Assembly (NCBI GenBank): GCA_963768615.1
Contig: CAVYIE010000007.1
Coordinates: 653,181-717,180 of the forward strand
DNA from: Candidatus Eiseniibacteriota bacterium
GTDB lineage: Bacteria; Eisenbacteria; RBG-16-71-46; JABDJR01
Direction: 5' to 3'
Length of the DNA: 64,000 nucleotides
A program made the position numbers and the translations under genes. The notes under the pieces were generated by a model. It worked only from the letters and a program-made list of their open reading frames with translations. It had not been told where the DNA came from and made no database searches. This document shows, piece by piece, positions 47,213-56,719 of the stretch (its first letter is position 1; every line of letters starts with the position of its first letter).

Positions 47213-48259
47213 TCACGGCGAGACGGCGCGCCGTCCGGCGGGACGGGGCGGCGCCGAGGCCAGCGCCCGGACCACCCGGTCCGGGGAAATGTCCAGCATG
47301 CAGCGAAAGTGACCCTTCGGGCAGTGCGGGCCCCCGTGGAGGGAGCACGGGCGGCAGGAGAGCGAGTCGACCTCCAGGACGCGGTGGTCCGGGCCCGCGG
47401 GAGCGAAGCCAAAGGATCGCACGGTCGGGCCGAACAATGCCACCACCGGGACGCCCATGGCCGCGGCCACGTGCATGAGCCCGGTGTCGTTGACCGCCAC
47501 CGCGGCCAGGCGCTCCAGGACGGCCGCGGCCTCCAGGACCGGAGCCCGGACCGGGAACCAGCCTTCCTCCCCGGGCCAGAGGCGCGTCCACGCGGCCAGG
47601 AGCGCGTTCTCCTCCGGGTCGCTCCCGGGGCCGAAGAAGACCGGCACCGGACCGCGCCCGGCGGCGGCCAGGGCGCGACCCACCTCCACGAACCGCTCCA
47701 CCGGCCATCGCTTGGTGGCGTGGCGGGCGCCGGGCACCAGCCCCACCCGTTCTCCCGCTTCCGGCACCCGTTCCCGGGCCCGTTCCCGGGCCCCGGGCCC
47801 CGGGTGGAGGGCGGGCAGCGCCTCCGAGCCGGGATCCACGGCGGCGGTGAAGGTCCGGAGCACCGAGAACCCCGGCTCCGGGCCGCCCCGGTGGAGATGG
47901 ACCAGGAGCCGCCGCCGGAGATGGCGCCGCCGGGGACGCCGGACCCGGACCAGGCCGGCCAGCCGGGTCAGCACCCGGGTCCGGGGGGAGGCCTGGAGGT
48001 CGAAGGTCTCCACGTACCCCTCACCCCGGAGCCTGCGGGCCCAGGCCCGCACCCCCCGGGGTCCGCGTTCCGAGGCCGGCCAGACCCACACCCGGCGCAC
48101 CGCCGGATGCCCCTCCCAGAGGGGAGCCCAGGCCGCCTTGACCAGGACGTCCACCGCTCCCGGCCCCCAGCGCTCGCGGGCCGCCTCGGCGGCGGCGGTG
48201 GCCAGGACCACGTCCCCCAGGGAGCCCAGCCGGATGAGGAGGCGGGGCTCCGGGCTCAC
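47213..48259 (-). CDS. ADP-heptose:LPS heptosyltransferase (GT9, WaaF/WaaC family)
   Basis: 348 aa ...LLIRLGSLGDVVLATAA...VNDTGLMHVAAAMGVPVVALFGPT..., characteristic of GT9. Confidence 0.8.
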   Translation of the reverse strand: MSPEPRLLIRLGSLGDVVLATAAAEAARERWGPGAVDVLVKAAWAPLWEGHPAVRRVWVWPASERGPRGVRAWARRLRGEGYVETFDLQASPRTRVLTRLAGLVRVRRPRRRHLRRRLLVHLHRGGPEPGFSVLRTFTAAVDPGSEALPALHPGPGARERARERVPEAGERVGLVPGARHATKRWPVERFVEVGRALAAAGRGPVPVFFGPGSDPEENALLAAWTRLWPGEEGWFPVRAPVLEAAAVLERLAAVAVNDTGLMHVAAAMGVPVVALFGPTVRSFGFAPAGPDHRVLEVDSLSCRPCSLHGGPHCPKGHFRCMLDISPDRVVRALASAPPRPAGRRAVSP

Positions 48260-50868
48260 CCCCGCCCCGTCGACCGTTTCGGCTTCTTCCCCCGGCCCGT
48301 GGAACCGGTGGAGCGGCGGGAGACCGGCTTGTTCTTCGCCTTCTTCTTCGTCGCCTTCTTCTTCGTCTTCTTGCCGGACCTCCGCCCCGGGCCCGGGGCC
48401 TTGAGGGCGGCATCGAGCACGTCCTGGATGTTCGCCGCGGTCACGAACTCCATGCTCGCCCGCACGTCCTCGGGCACCTCGTCCAGATCGGGCCGGTTGG
48501 CCTCGGGGAGGATGATCCGCTTGATCCCGGCCCGGCGGGCCCCCAGCACCTTCTGCTTCAACCCGCCGATGGGGAGCACGTTCCCCCGCAGGGAGATCTC
48601 GCCGGTCATGGCCGTGTCGGAGCGTACGGCCCGGTCGGAGAGGAGCGAGGCCACCGCGGTGACCATGGCCACCCCCGCCGAGGGGCCGTCCTTGGGCATG
48701 GCCCCGGCGGGCACGTGGATGTGCAGGTCGTGCTTCTCGAACTGGGGATCCTCGACCCCCAGCTCGGCGGCGTGGGACCGGACGTAGGAGATGGCGGCCA
48801 CCGCCGATTCCCGCATCACGTCCCCCAGCTGGCCGGTGAGGGTCAGGTTCCCCCGGCCCGGCATCCGGGTGGCCTCCACGAAGAGGATCTCGCCTCCGTA
48901 GGGGGTCCAGGCCAGCCCGGTGACCACCCCCACCCGGTTCCTCCGCTCCCGGCGCTCCCGGAACACCTTGGGCTTCCCCAGGTAGTCGGCGAGGTTCTTC
49001 CTCCCCACCCTGGCCTTCACCTTCTTCCCCCGCGCCACCCGGGTGGCCACCTTGCGGGCCACCCGGTTGATCTGGCGCTCCAGCTCCCGGACCCCGGCCT
49101 CGTGGGTGTACTCGTTGGCGATGGCGGTCAGCGCCGACTTGAGGATGGAGAGGTTGCCGGAGGCGATCCCGTTGTCGCTCAGGGCCCGGGGCACCAGGTA
49201 GCGCCGGGCGATCTCCACCTTGTCCCCGGTGGTGTAGCCGGGCAGCTCGATCACCTCCATCCGGTCCCGGAGCGGCCCGGGAATGGAGTAGAGCACGTTG
49301 GCGGTGGTGATGAAGAGGACCGAGGACAGGTCGTAGGGCACGTTCAGGTAGTTGTCCTGGAAGCTGTTGTTCTGGGCCGGATCCAGCACCTCGAGCAGGG
49401 CCGAGGTCGGGTCCCCCCGGAAGTCGGCCCCCACCTTGTCCACCTCGTCGAGCATGAACACCGGATCCGGGGCCTTGGCGGTGGCCACCCCCTGCACGAT
49501 CCGGCCCGGCATGGCCCCGATGTAGGTACGCCGGTGGCCGCGGATCTCCGCCTCGTCGTGGAGGCCGCCCAGGGACAGGCGCACGAAGGGACGGTCCAGG
49601 GCGCGCGCGATGGACTGGCCGAGGGAGGTCTTCCCCACCCCGGGGGGGCCGGAGAGGCAGAGGATGGGGCTCCGGGGGTGGTCGGTGAGCTTGCGCACGG
49701 CCAGGTACTCGAGGATCCGCTCCTTGACCTGCTGGAGGTCGAAGTGGTCCTCGTTGAGGATCCGCTCCGCCCGGCCGATGTCGATGGGGGGGCGCTCGGG
49801 CCGCTTCCAGGGTAGCTGGAGCATCCAGTCGATGTAGGTGCGGGCCACGGTGTATTCCGCCGCCTGGGGCGGCATCACCTTCATGCGGTCGAACTCCTTC
49901 ATGACCGCGTCCAGGACCGCCTCCGGCATCTCCGCATCCTCGATCCGCTGCTTCAGGTCGGCCAGCTCGGGGTTCTCCTCCTCCCCCCCCAGCTCCTTCT
50001 GGATGGCCTTGAGCTGCTGGCGAAGGTAGAACTCCCGCTGGGTCTTCTCCATCTCCGTCTGGACCTGGTCCTGGATCCGCCGGCCCAGGGCGAGGATGTC
50101 CAGCTCGCGGACCATGTAGGCGGTCACCCGCTCCAGCCGGCGCTCCGGATTCCTCTCCTCGAGGAGGGCGAGCTTGTCCTCCAGCTTCAGGTTCAGGTTG
50201 GCGCCCAGGAAGTCGGCCAGGCGGCCCACCCCCTCCACGTTCAGGGCCACCACCTTGAGCTCGTCGGAGAGGTAGCCGGTGGCGTCCACCAGCTTCTGGA
50301 ACAGCTCCAGCGCGTTCCGGCGGAGTGCTTCCCCCCGCCGGGAGACCGGCTTCTCGGTGGGGACCATCTCCACCTCGCCCTTGAGGTACGGCTGCTCCTG
50401 CACCGTGCGGACGAGACGGATCCGCGCCACCCCCTGGACCAGGAGCCGCATGCCCCCGTCGGGGAAGCGCAGCATCTTGTGGATGATGGCCGCGGTGCCG
50501 GTGCCGGCCAGCTCCCGGTGCGAGGCCACGCTGCGGGCCCGGGCGCCGCCGTCGGAGGCCCGGTTGGCCTCGCCCCCGTCATCCCCCTCCTCTCCTTCGT
50601 TCCCCCCGCCGTCGGCGGAGGCGCCCGAAGGGACGGTGTCCCCGTCCCCGTCCTCCCCCTCCGGGGAACGCACGGTGAACAGCCCGATCATCTTGCTGCC
50701 GGCCAGGGCCTCGTCCACCAGGTCCAGGAGCTCCCGCTCGCTGACCACCAGCGGGAACATCATGTACGGGAACGCCACCAGGTCCGTGAGGGGGACCAGG
50801 GGGAGCACGGTGGGAATCTTGAGGGTCTGACCGGAGTCGGTTTCCACGGTCATCGTCGTTTCGGCCAT
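48256..50868 (-). CDS. lon: ATP-dependent protease Lon, with an acidic insertion in the N-domain and a Lys-rich C-terminal extension
   Basis: 870 aa with a Lon N-domain, AAA+ domain (LCLSGPPGVGKTSLGQSIARAL) and protease domain (DGPSAGVAMVTAVASLL...K). The C-terminus is ...RRSGKKTKKKATKKKAKNKPVSRRSTGSTGRGKKPKRSTGRG. Confidence 0.95.
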   Translation of the reverse strand: MAETTMTVETDSGQTLKIPTVLPLVPLTDLVAFPYMMFPLVVSERELLDLVDEALAGSKMIGLFTVRSPEGEDGDGDTVPSGASADGGGNEGEEGDDGGEANRASDGGARARSVASHRELAGTGTAAIIHKMLRFPDGGMRLLVQGVARIRLVRTVQEQPYLKGEVEMVPTEKPVSRRGEALRRNALELFQKLVDATGYLSDELKVVALNVEGVGRLADFLGANLNLKLEDKLALLEERNPERRLERVTAYMVRELDILALGRRIQDQVQTEMEKTQREFYLRQQLKAIQKELGGEEENPELADLKQRIEDAEMPEAVLDAVMKEFDRMKVMPPQAAEYTVARTYIDWMLQLPWKRPERPPIDIGRAERILNEDHFDLQQVKERILEYLAVRKLTDHPRSPILCLSGPPGVGKTSLGQSIARALDRPFVRLSLGGLHDEAEIRGHRRTYIGAMPGRIVQGVATAKAPDPVFMLDEVDKVGADFRGDPTSALLEVLDPAQNNSFQDNYLNVPYDLSSVLFITTANVLYSIPGPLRDRMEVIELPGYTTGDKVEIARRYLVPRALSDNGIASGNLSILKSALTAIANEYTHEAGVRELERQINRVARKVATRVARGKKVKARVGRKNLADYLGKPKVFRERRERRNRVGVVTGLAWTPYGGEILFVEATRMPGRGNLTLTGQLGDVMRESAVAAISYVRSHAAELGVEDPQFEKHDLHIHVPAGAMPKDGPSAGVAMVTAVASLLSDRAVRSDTAMTGEISLRGNVLPIGGLKQKVLGARRAGIKRIILPEANRPDLDEVPEDVRASMEFVTAANIQDVLDAALKAPGPGRRSGKKTKKKATKKKAKNKPVSRRSTGSTGRGKKPKRSTGRG

Positions 50869-50873
50869 CGTCC

Positions 50874-51302
50874 CTATTCCACCTCGATCTTGAATTCCTC
50901 GGCCCGGGGCCGGGGTTCGGACTTGAGCCGGATCTCCAGCACCCCGTCGCGGTAGCAGGCGGCGGCACCCGACCGGGCGAACCGCTCCGGGACCTGCACG
51001 CTCCGGGCGAAGGGGCCCATGGCGATTTCCATCTTGTGGAAGGTCTTCCGGCCGGGGGGGGTGGCGTCCCGGCGCAGACCCCGCACGTGGACGATCCGTC
51101 CCCGCATGAGGATCTGCACGTCCTTCCGGTCCACCCCGGAGAGATCCATCCTGATCACGAACTCGTCCTCGGTCTCATAGGCATCGGTGGCCGGATACCA
51201 CACCACGTCCGCTTCCACGCTGCTCCGGCCGGGCTCCAGGAACAGGTGCTCGACCAGGTCCCGGAAGTTGCCCCATCGTTCTTCGAAATCTCCGGCTGCC
51301 AC
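50874..51302 (-). CDS. Hsp20/alpha-crystallin family small heat-shock protein
   Basis: 142 aa ...PATDAYETEDEFVIRMDLSGVDRKDVQILMRGRIVHVRGLRRD...GVLEIRL. Confidence 0.9.
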   Translation of the reverse strand: MAAGDFEERWGNFRDLVEHLFLEPGRSSVEADVVWYPATDAYETEDEFVIRMDLSGVDRKDVQILMRGRIVHVRGLRRDATPPGRKTFHKMEIAMGPFARSVQVPERFARSGAAACYRDGVLEIRLKSEPRPRAEEFKIEVE

Positions 51303-51312
51303 CTTCGGCCTC

Positions 51313-51693
51313 CTACCAGGACGTCTCCTCGTCCATTGTCTCGTCGAACGCCATCACCCCGGCGAAGTCCTCCTTGCGGTCCTCGTCGGTCTTGGACATC
51401 AGTCCCACTCCGATCAGGTTGTACACCACCTCGCCCACGTCCTCCCCCCGCCTGAGCCCCCAGTAGTTCAGCACCGACCGGGCCAGGGGGCCGTACTCGC
51501 GCCGAGCCAGCTCCCGCACCCCCTCCAGCACCTGGGGGCCGCTGAGATGGGTGCGCTCCTCGGCCTTCCGGTGCAGGCGCTGGTAGAAGTCCAGGGCGGC
51601 CTGGACGAACAGGTACGCCGCCCGCGCGTAACGGTCGTCCTTCTCCAGCACCCGGTCCAGGGTGTCCTCGTATTCCTCGTCGGGCATGCTCAT
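51313..51693 (-). CDS. Hypothetical acidic protein (about 126 aa) adjacent to hsp20
   Basis: ORF 51313..51732; the start at MSMPDEEYED (ATG about 51693) avoids overlap with nadB. Ordinary composition, no recognised family. Confidence 0.5.
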   Translation of the reverse strand: MSMPDEEYEDTLDRVLEKDDRYARAAYLFVQAALDFYQRLHRKAEERTHLSGPQVLEGVRELARREYGPLARSVLNYWGLRRGEDVGEVVYNLIGVGLMSKTDEDRKEDFAGVMAFDETMDEETSW

Positions 51694-51694
51694 G

Positions 51695-53350
51695 TCAACT
51701 GCCCACCGTCTCCCCTTCGGGGATGGTATCACTCCAGCTCACTTCGCCCATGCGGCCCAGCACCGAATCGCGCCGGTAGCGCGCGTCGTCGGGGGTGGGG
51801 TAGTCCCGGTTGAAGTGGAGGCCCCGGCTCTCCTTCCGGGCCGTGGCCAGGCGGAGGATGATCTCGGCCAGCAGGGTGATGTTGCGCAGCTCCAGCAGGT
51901 CGGGGTCCACCGCGAACCGCCGGTAGAACCGCTCCACCTCCTCCCGGATCAGGGCCAGGCGCGAGGCGGCCGCGGCCAGCCGTTCGTCCGAGCGCACGAT
52001 GCCCACGTAGTCCCACATCAGCCGCCGCACCGCGTCCCAGTTGTGGTTGATGATCACGTCCTCCCGGGGGTGCCCGGAACTGGGCACCAGCCAGGGGTCG
52101 GCCCCGGGAGGCGGCGCTCCCTCCGTCCACGGACGCAGGTCCCGGGCCGCCCGGTCGGAGAAGACCAGGGCTTCCAGGAGGGAGTTGGAGGCGAGCCGGT
52201 TGGCCCCGTGTAGCCCGGTGTGCGCCACCTCCCCCACCGCGTAGAGGCGGGGGATATCGGTGGCCCCGCTGGGCCGGGTGCGCACCCCTCCGCACAGGTA
52301 GTGGGCCGCGGGCACCACCGGGATCGGCTCGGCGGCGGGATCGATGCCGAAGGCCCGGCATCCCTCCATGACCTGGGGAAACCGCTCGCGCAGGAAGGAG
52401 GCCCCCAGCGCGGTGGCGTCCAGCCACACGTGGTCCTGGCCCCGGGTCTTCATCTCGCGGTCGATGGCCCGGGCCACCACGTCCCGGGGGGCGAGATCGC
52501 CCCGGGGATCGTGCTCCTTCATGAACGCGGTACCGTCCAGGTTCCGGAGCACCGCCCCCTCGCCGCGCAGCGCCTCGGTGATGAGGAACCGCTTGGCCCG
52601 GGGGTGGTAGAGGCAGGTGGGGTGGAACTGGACGAATTCCAGGTTGGAGACCCGGGCCCCGGCCCGGAAGGCCATGGCCATGCCGTCCCCGGTGGCGATG
52701 TCCGGATTCGAGGTGTAGAGGTACACCTTGCCCGCCCCCCCCGAGGCGAGGACGGTGGCCTTGGCCTGGTAGGGAATGACCGCGCGGAAGTCGGGGGTGA
52801 GCACGTAGGCCCCCCAGCAGGCCTCGCCGTTCTCCGAGCTTCCCCGGGACATGCGCGAGGCCAGGATCAGGTCCACGGCGAAGAAGTGCTCGAGCACGGT
52901 GATGCGCGGCTCGGCGGCCACCGCGGCCAGGAGCGCCCGCTCCACCGCGAAGCCGGTCCGGTCGGCGGCGTGAACGATGCGCCGGCGCGAGTGTCCCCCT
53001 TCCCGCCCCAGCTCCAGGTCCCCGTTGCGGGCCCGGCTGAAGTCCACCCCCATCTCCATGAGCCTGCGCACCAGCGGCGCCCCCTCCTCCACCACCATGC
53101 GCACGGTGTCGGGATGGCAGAGCCCGGCCCCGGCCACCAGAGTGTCCCGGACGTGGAGGTCGGGGTGGTCCTCCGGATCGAGGACGGCAGCGATGCCGCC
53201 CTGAGCGTAGTTGGTGTTGGACTCGGCCCGCTCCTTCTTGGTGACCAGGGTCACCGCGCCCCACCGGCTGGCCTGCAGGGCGCACCAGAGACCGGCCAGG
53301 CCGCTCCCGATGACGAGGGTGTCGGTGAAGCGAGGAGATTCGGCAACCAT
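51695..53350 (-). CDS. nadB: L-aspartate oxidase
   Basis: 551 aa starting MVAESPRFTDTLVIGSGLAGLWCAL (FAD-binding) ...HYLCGGVRTRPSGATDIPRLYAVGEVAHTGLHGANRLASNSLLE. The upstream part of ORF 51695..54505 is an artefact. Confidence 0.95.
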   Translation of the reverse strand: MVAESPRFTDTLVIGSGLAGLWCALQASRWGAVTLVTKKERAESNTNYAQGGIAAVLDPEDHPDLHVRDTLVAGAGLCHPDTVRMVVEEGAPLVRRLMEMGVDFSRARNGDLELGREGGHSRRRIVHAADRTGFAVERALLAAVAAEPRITVLEHFFAVDLILASRMSRGSSENGEACWGAYVLTPDFRAVIPYQAKATVLASGGAGKVYLYTSNPDIATGDGMAMAFRAGARVSNLEFVQFHPTCLYHPRAKRFLITEALRGEGAVLRNLDGTAFMKEHDPRGDLAPRDVVARAIDREMKTRGQDHVWLDATALGASFLRERFPQVMEGCRAFGIDPAAEPIPVVPAAHYLCGGVRTRPSGATDIPRLYAVGEVAHTGLHGANRLASNSLLEALVFSDRAARDLRPWTEGAPPPGADPWLVPSSGHPREDVIINHNWDAVRRLMWDYVGIVRSDERLAAAASRLALIREEVERFYRRFAVDPDLLELRNITLLAEIILRLATARKESRGLHFNRDYPTPDDARYRRDSVLGRMGEVSWSDTIPEGETVGS

Positions 53351-53680
53351 TTGTCTTTCCGTGGGTTTGGGCTCCAGATCCCCAAAGTGCTTGAAAAGGG
53401 AATGATAGCCCATGCACCGGCCGCCCTCAAGCGAGGGGGGAAATGCCCCAGGCGGTCGGGACTCCCCCGCCGGGGGGTCATGCCGCCGGACCCCGGGTCC
53501 GATACCGGGAAGTGATCGAGGCGTCCGCCGTCCGGGACCGCACGCGCCCCTGCACGGCCGACACGTCGCCTTCCGGTAGAGGCGGGTCGGACCATGCTCC
53601 GCCGCCGGACCGCGGAACGCCACCGCGGTCACGCACTCGCGCGGTGGACCCGGAGGCCTGATCGATAAGGAGGAGAGAGG

Positions 53681-54328
53681 ATGCATACCTATCGTCGTCT
53701 GCCCTGGGCGGCCGCGCTCGTCATCGTCTTCGGCGCCGGCCTCACCGGCGTGGGCCTGCTCGGCTGCCAGGAGGAAGGCGGAGACACCCGCAACATCGTG
53801 GAGGTCGTCTCCCTGAACCAGAACCAGCCCCTCATGAGCGACGTCTACGACCTCGGGGACAAGGCGGAGGACCCCGCCGACGACTTCATTCCCGTGGACG
53901 TGGTCGAGGTCACCTTCAAGAGCCGGGTTCACGACAGCGCCCTGAGCATCCAGCCCGACGAGCCCTTCGGTTCGGTCAAGTTCACCAGCTATGACCTGGT
54001 GTTCGAGGATGCGAACCACAGCGACGGCGTGGACCTGGACGGCAACGGGACCGTGGATCTCAAGAACCGGAGCCACCAGCCCATGAACGCGGTGGTGCCC
54101 ATCGGCGGCACCGGCTCGGCCGGGATCGTGATCGTGAGCGGCGGGGACAAGATCGTGCCCCCCATCTCCTGCCTGGGTCCGCTGGGCGGCGATTGCGGGA
54201 GCGTGGATGCGGCCGAGTTCTCGGTCAACGCCTCCATCACCTTCCACGGCATCGAGGAGACCAGCGGGGACGACGTGACGGTGAAGCGGGGTCTCACTGT
54301 TCGCATCGGCCAGTTCGCCGACAAGTAG
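53681..54328 (+). CDS. Hypothetical lipoprotein
   Basis: Strong RBS AAGGAGGAGAG before the ATG. Signal peptide plus lipobox ...AGLTGVGLLGCQEEGG. 215 aa, Asp/Gly-rich, possible beta-sandwich fold. The only plus-strand gene in the lipid A/nadB region. Confidence 0.65.
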   Translation: MHTYRRLPWAAALVIVFGAGLTGVGLLGCQEEGGDTRNIVEVVSLNQNQPLMSDVYDLGDKAEDPADDFIPVDVVEVTFKSRVHDSALSIQPDEPFGSVKFTSYDLVFEDANHSDGVDLDGNGTVDLKNRSHQPMNAVVPIGGTGSAGIVIVSGGDKIVPPISCLGPLGGDCGSVDAAEFSVNASITFHGIEETSGDDVTVKRGLTVRIGQFADK

Positions 54329-54358
54329 GCGGTCCGGGGATTCCCGGACGTGGATCGG

Positions 54359-54395
54359 GGCGGGGGCGGCCGAAGGCCGTCCCCGCCTCTTCGTA
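54359..54395 (+). terminator. Putative terminator after the lipoprotein gene (between convergent genes)
   Basis: ggcgggg-gcggccgaaggccgt-ccccgcc (7-bp stem with a nested cggcc/ggccg mini-hairpin) followed by tcttcgtat. A second hairpin gtccggg-gatt-cccggac lies at 54331-54348. Confidence 0.3.
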
Positions 54396-54417
54396 TCCGG
54401 CGCGCGCCGGGAGGCGG

Positions 54418-55470
54418 TCAGTCGCGGGCGGAGAGACCGAGAAGGGCGCGGAGCAGCCGTTCCCATCCCCCCTCCACCTCCAGCTCCACCTCCAGCACCG
54501 CCCACCCCGCCCCCGGGGAGAGCCGCGGCTCGAGGCGCACCGCGTCCTTGGCCGTGGTCACCGGCACCGCTCCCACCCGGCGCGCCGCCTCCTCCTCCCG
54601 GCGCACGTCGGCGGCGGTGAAGCGGTGGTGGTCGCGATAGGTGGAGAACCCGCGCACCTCGGCCCCCGCCTCCTCCAGCGCGGCCCGGAACCGTTCCGGC
54701 CGGGCGATTCCCGCCACCCCGCGCACGGCTAGTCCCCGCAGGGAGGGCCCGGCCGAGGCGCTCCCCTCCCAGAGGCGCACCCGGGCCGGGGTCAGCCAGG
54801 CCCGGGTGAAGGGTACGCCGGGGGCGTAGCGGGCGAGAACGGCGTGGGTGGATCCGGGGACCGGCTCCCCCTCGTCGCCCCCGGTGAGGAGCAGGTGATC
54901 GGCCCGCCCCAGGGCGTCCGGCTCCTCCCGGAGCGGCCCGGCGGGGAGAAGCTCCCCGTTCCCCAGGGGACGCCTCAGATCCAGGAGCACCAGGTCCGCG
55001 CTCCGCTGCAGCCGGCGGTGCTGGAATCCGTCGTCCAGGAGGAACAGGTCCACCACCGAGCCCGCGTCCAGGAACTCCCGCGCCCGGCGCGACCGGTCGG
55101 CGCCCACCACCACCGGCACCCCGGGTAGCGAGCGGCTGAGGAGGAGGGGCTCATCCCCCGCCTCCTCCGCCGTGGCCGCCCCTCCCGGGTCCCAGGCGCC
55201 GTCGCGGAGCACCCCCGCCCGCCGCCCGCCGTAGCCGCGGGTGAGCACCGCGGGGCGGCGCCCCAGGGCGGCGGCGGCCGCGGCCAGGGCCCGGACCGAC
55301 GGGGTCTTCCCCGTCCCCCCCGCGGTCAGGTTCCCCACCGAGACCACCGGCACCGGGAGCCGGTCCGTGCCCAGCACGCCCCGGTCGTAGAGGCCGTGAT
55401 AAACCCCCGCGCCCAGCCGGTAGAGCCCGGCCGCGGCCCGGAGCCACGCCGCCGCCCGGCGTTCAGTCAT
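54418..55470 (-). CDS. lpxK: Tetraacyldisaccharide 4'-kinase
   Basis: 350 aa ...PVVSVGNLTAGGTGKTPSVRAL... (P-loop) ...FLLDDGFQH. Confidence 0.9.
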   Translation of the reverse strand: MTERRAAAWLRAAAGLYRLGAGVYHGLYDRGVLGTDRLPVPVVSVGNLTAGGTGKTPSVRALAAAAAALGRRPAVLTRGYGGRRAGVLRDGAWDPGGAATAEEAGDEPLLLSRSLPGVPVVVGADRSRRAREFLDAGSVVDLFLLDDGFQHRRLQRSADLVLLDLRRPLGNGELLPAGPLREEPDALGRADHLLLTGGDEGEPVPGSTHAVLARYAPGVPFTRAWLTPARVRLWEGSASAGPSLRGLAVRGVAGIARPERFRAALEEAGAEVRGFSTYRDHHRFTAADVRREEEAARRVGAVPVTTAKDAVRLEPRLSPGAGWAVLEVELEVEGGWERLLRALLGLSARD

Positions 55471-56719
55471 GGCGCGTCTTCGGGGGAAGCACGCCCCGTT
55501 CCACCAACCAGTCGAGGGCCCGGTCCGAGGCGCCGCGCAGCGCCTCCACCGCGGCCCCGGCGGCCGCCGCCGCCTCGGCCCGCGCGCGGGGGCGGTCCAG
55601 CCAGCCGGCGAGGGTCGAGGCCAGGGCTTCGGCGCCGTCCACCCGCACCGCTCCCCCGCCGGCGAGGAGGGCCTCGGCGTCCCCGGCCACGTTGGCGGTG
55701 TGGGGCCCGAAGAGGACCGGGACCCCCGCCGCCGCCGCCTCCAACACGTTGTGGCCCCCGACCGGGACCAGGGTGCCGCCCACGAAGGCCGCGGTGGCCG
55801 CGGCGTAAAGTGCGGGCAGCTCGCCCAGGGTGTCGGCGATGAGCACCGCGGCCGCGCCGTCCTCCGGCGCCGGGCGGCTCCGCCGGGCGGCGGGCAGGCC
55901 CCGCTCGGCCAGGAGCCGCTCCAGGCCGGGCCAGTCCCGGGGATGGCGCAGGGCCAGGACCAGGCGCAGGTCGGGGTGGCGGGCGCGGACCGAGGCGAAG
56001 GCGGCCAGCACCGGCTCCTCCTCCCCGGGGCGGAGGCTGCCCACCGTCCACACCGGGCCCTCCGGCCAGGGGAGGGCGGCCGGGGCGGCCCCGGCCAGCC
56101 GGTCGTGCTTGGTGTTCCCGGTCACCCGGACCGCCTCGGCGGGGACCCCGAGAGTCCGGAAGCGGGCGGCGTCCAGCTCGGAACGGGCGGCCACCGCCTG
56201 CACCCCGGCCAGGAGCGGCCGGAAGAGGAGACGCAGGCGGGCGTAGCGGGGCAGGGAGCGGTCGGAGAGGCGGCCGTTCACCACCGCCACCGCCGTCCCC
56301 CGCCGCCGGCACTCGGCCAGCCAGTTGGGCCAGAGCTCGGTTTCCACCAGGATCAGGCTCCCGGGATCGCGGGCCCCGAAGGCGCGCCGGACCGCCCCCG
56401 GAAAGTCCAGGGGCCCCAGGGTGACCGCCTCCCCCCACAACCGCCGCGCGGCGGAGCGTCCGGTCACGGTGGTGGTGGTCACGGCGATCCGGCCGGCCAC
56501 CATCCGGCGCCGCGCCCGCTCCAGGACCGGTTCCAGGGCCGCCACCTCGCCCAGGGACGCGGCGTGCCACCAGGTGTCCACGGTCCGCGTCCCCACCAGG
56601 CCGCGGCGCTCGGCATGGAACGCCCCCGGCTCCTCGCGCGCTCCCAGGCGGAGCACCGCTCCGGCCAGGGGCTCGGTCACCCCGGTGAGGGCGCGATAGA
56701 GCCCCAGGGCCGCGTTCAC
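55463..56719 (-). CDS. waaA: 3-deoxy-D-manno-octulosonic acid (Kdo) transferase (GT30)
   Basis: ...TWWHAASLGEVAALEPVLERAR...TETELWPNWLAECRRRG...GGHNVLEAAAAGVPVLFGPH. The start is probably GTG at about 56719; M1 at 56791 would overlap the upstream gene. Confidence 0.9.
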   Translation of the reverse strand: MNAALGLYRALTGVTEPLAGAVLRLGAREEPGAFHAERRGLVGTRTVDTWWHAASLGEVAALEPVLERARRRMVAGRIAVTTTTVTGRSAARRLWGEAVTLGPLDFPGAVRRAFGARDPGSLILVETELWPNWLAECRRRGTAVAVVNGRLSDRSLPRYARLRLLFRPLLAGVQAVAARSELDAARFRTLGVPAEAVRVTGNTKHDRLAGAAPAALPWPEGPVWTVGSLRPGEEEPVLAAFASVRARHPDLRLVLALRHPRDWPGLERLLAERGLPAARRSRPAPEDGAAAVLIADTLGELPALYAAATAAFVGGTLVPVGGHNVLEAAAAGVPVLFGPHTANVAGDAEALLAGGGAVRVDGAEALASTLAGWLDRPRARAEAAAAAGAAVEALRGASDRALDWLVERGVLPPKTRHD

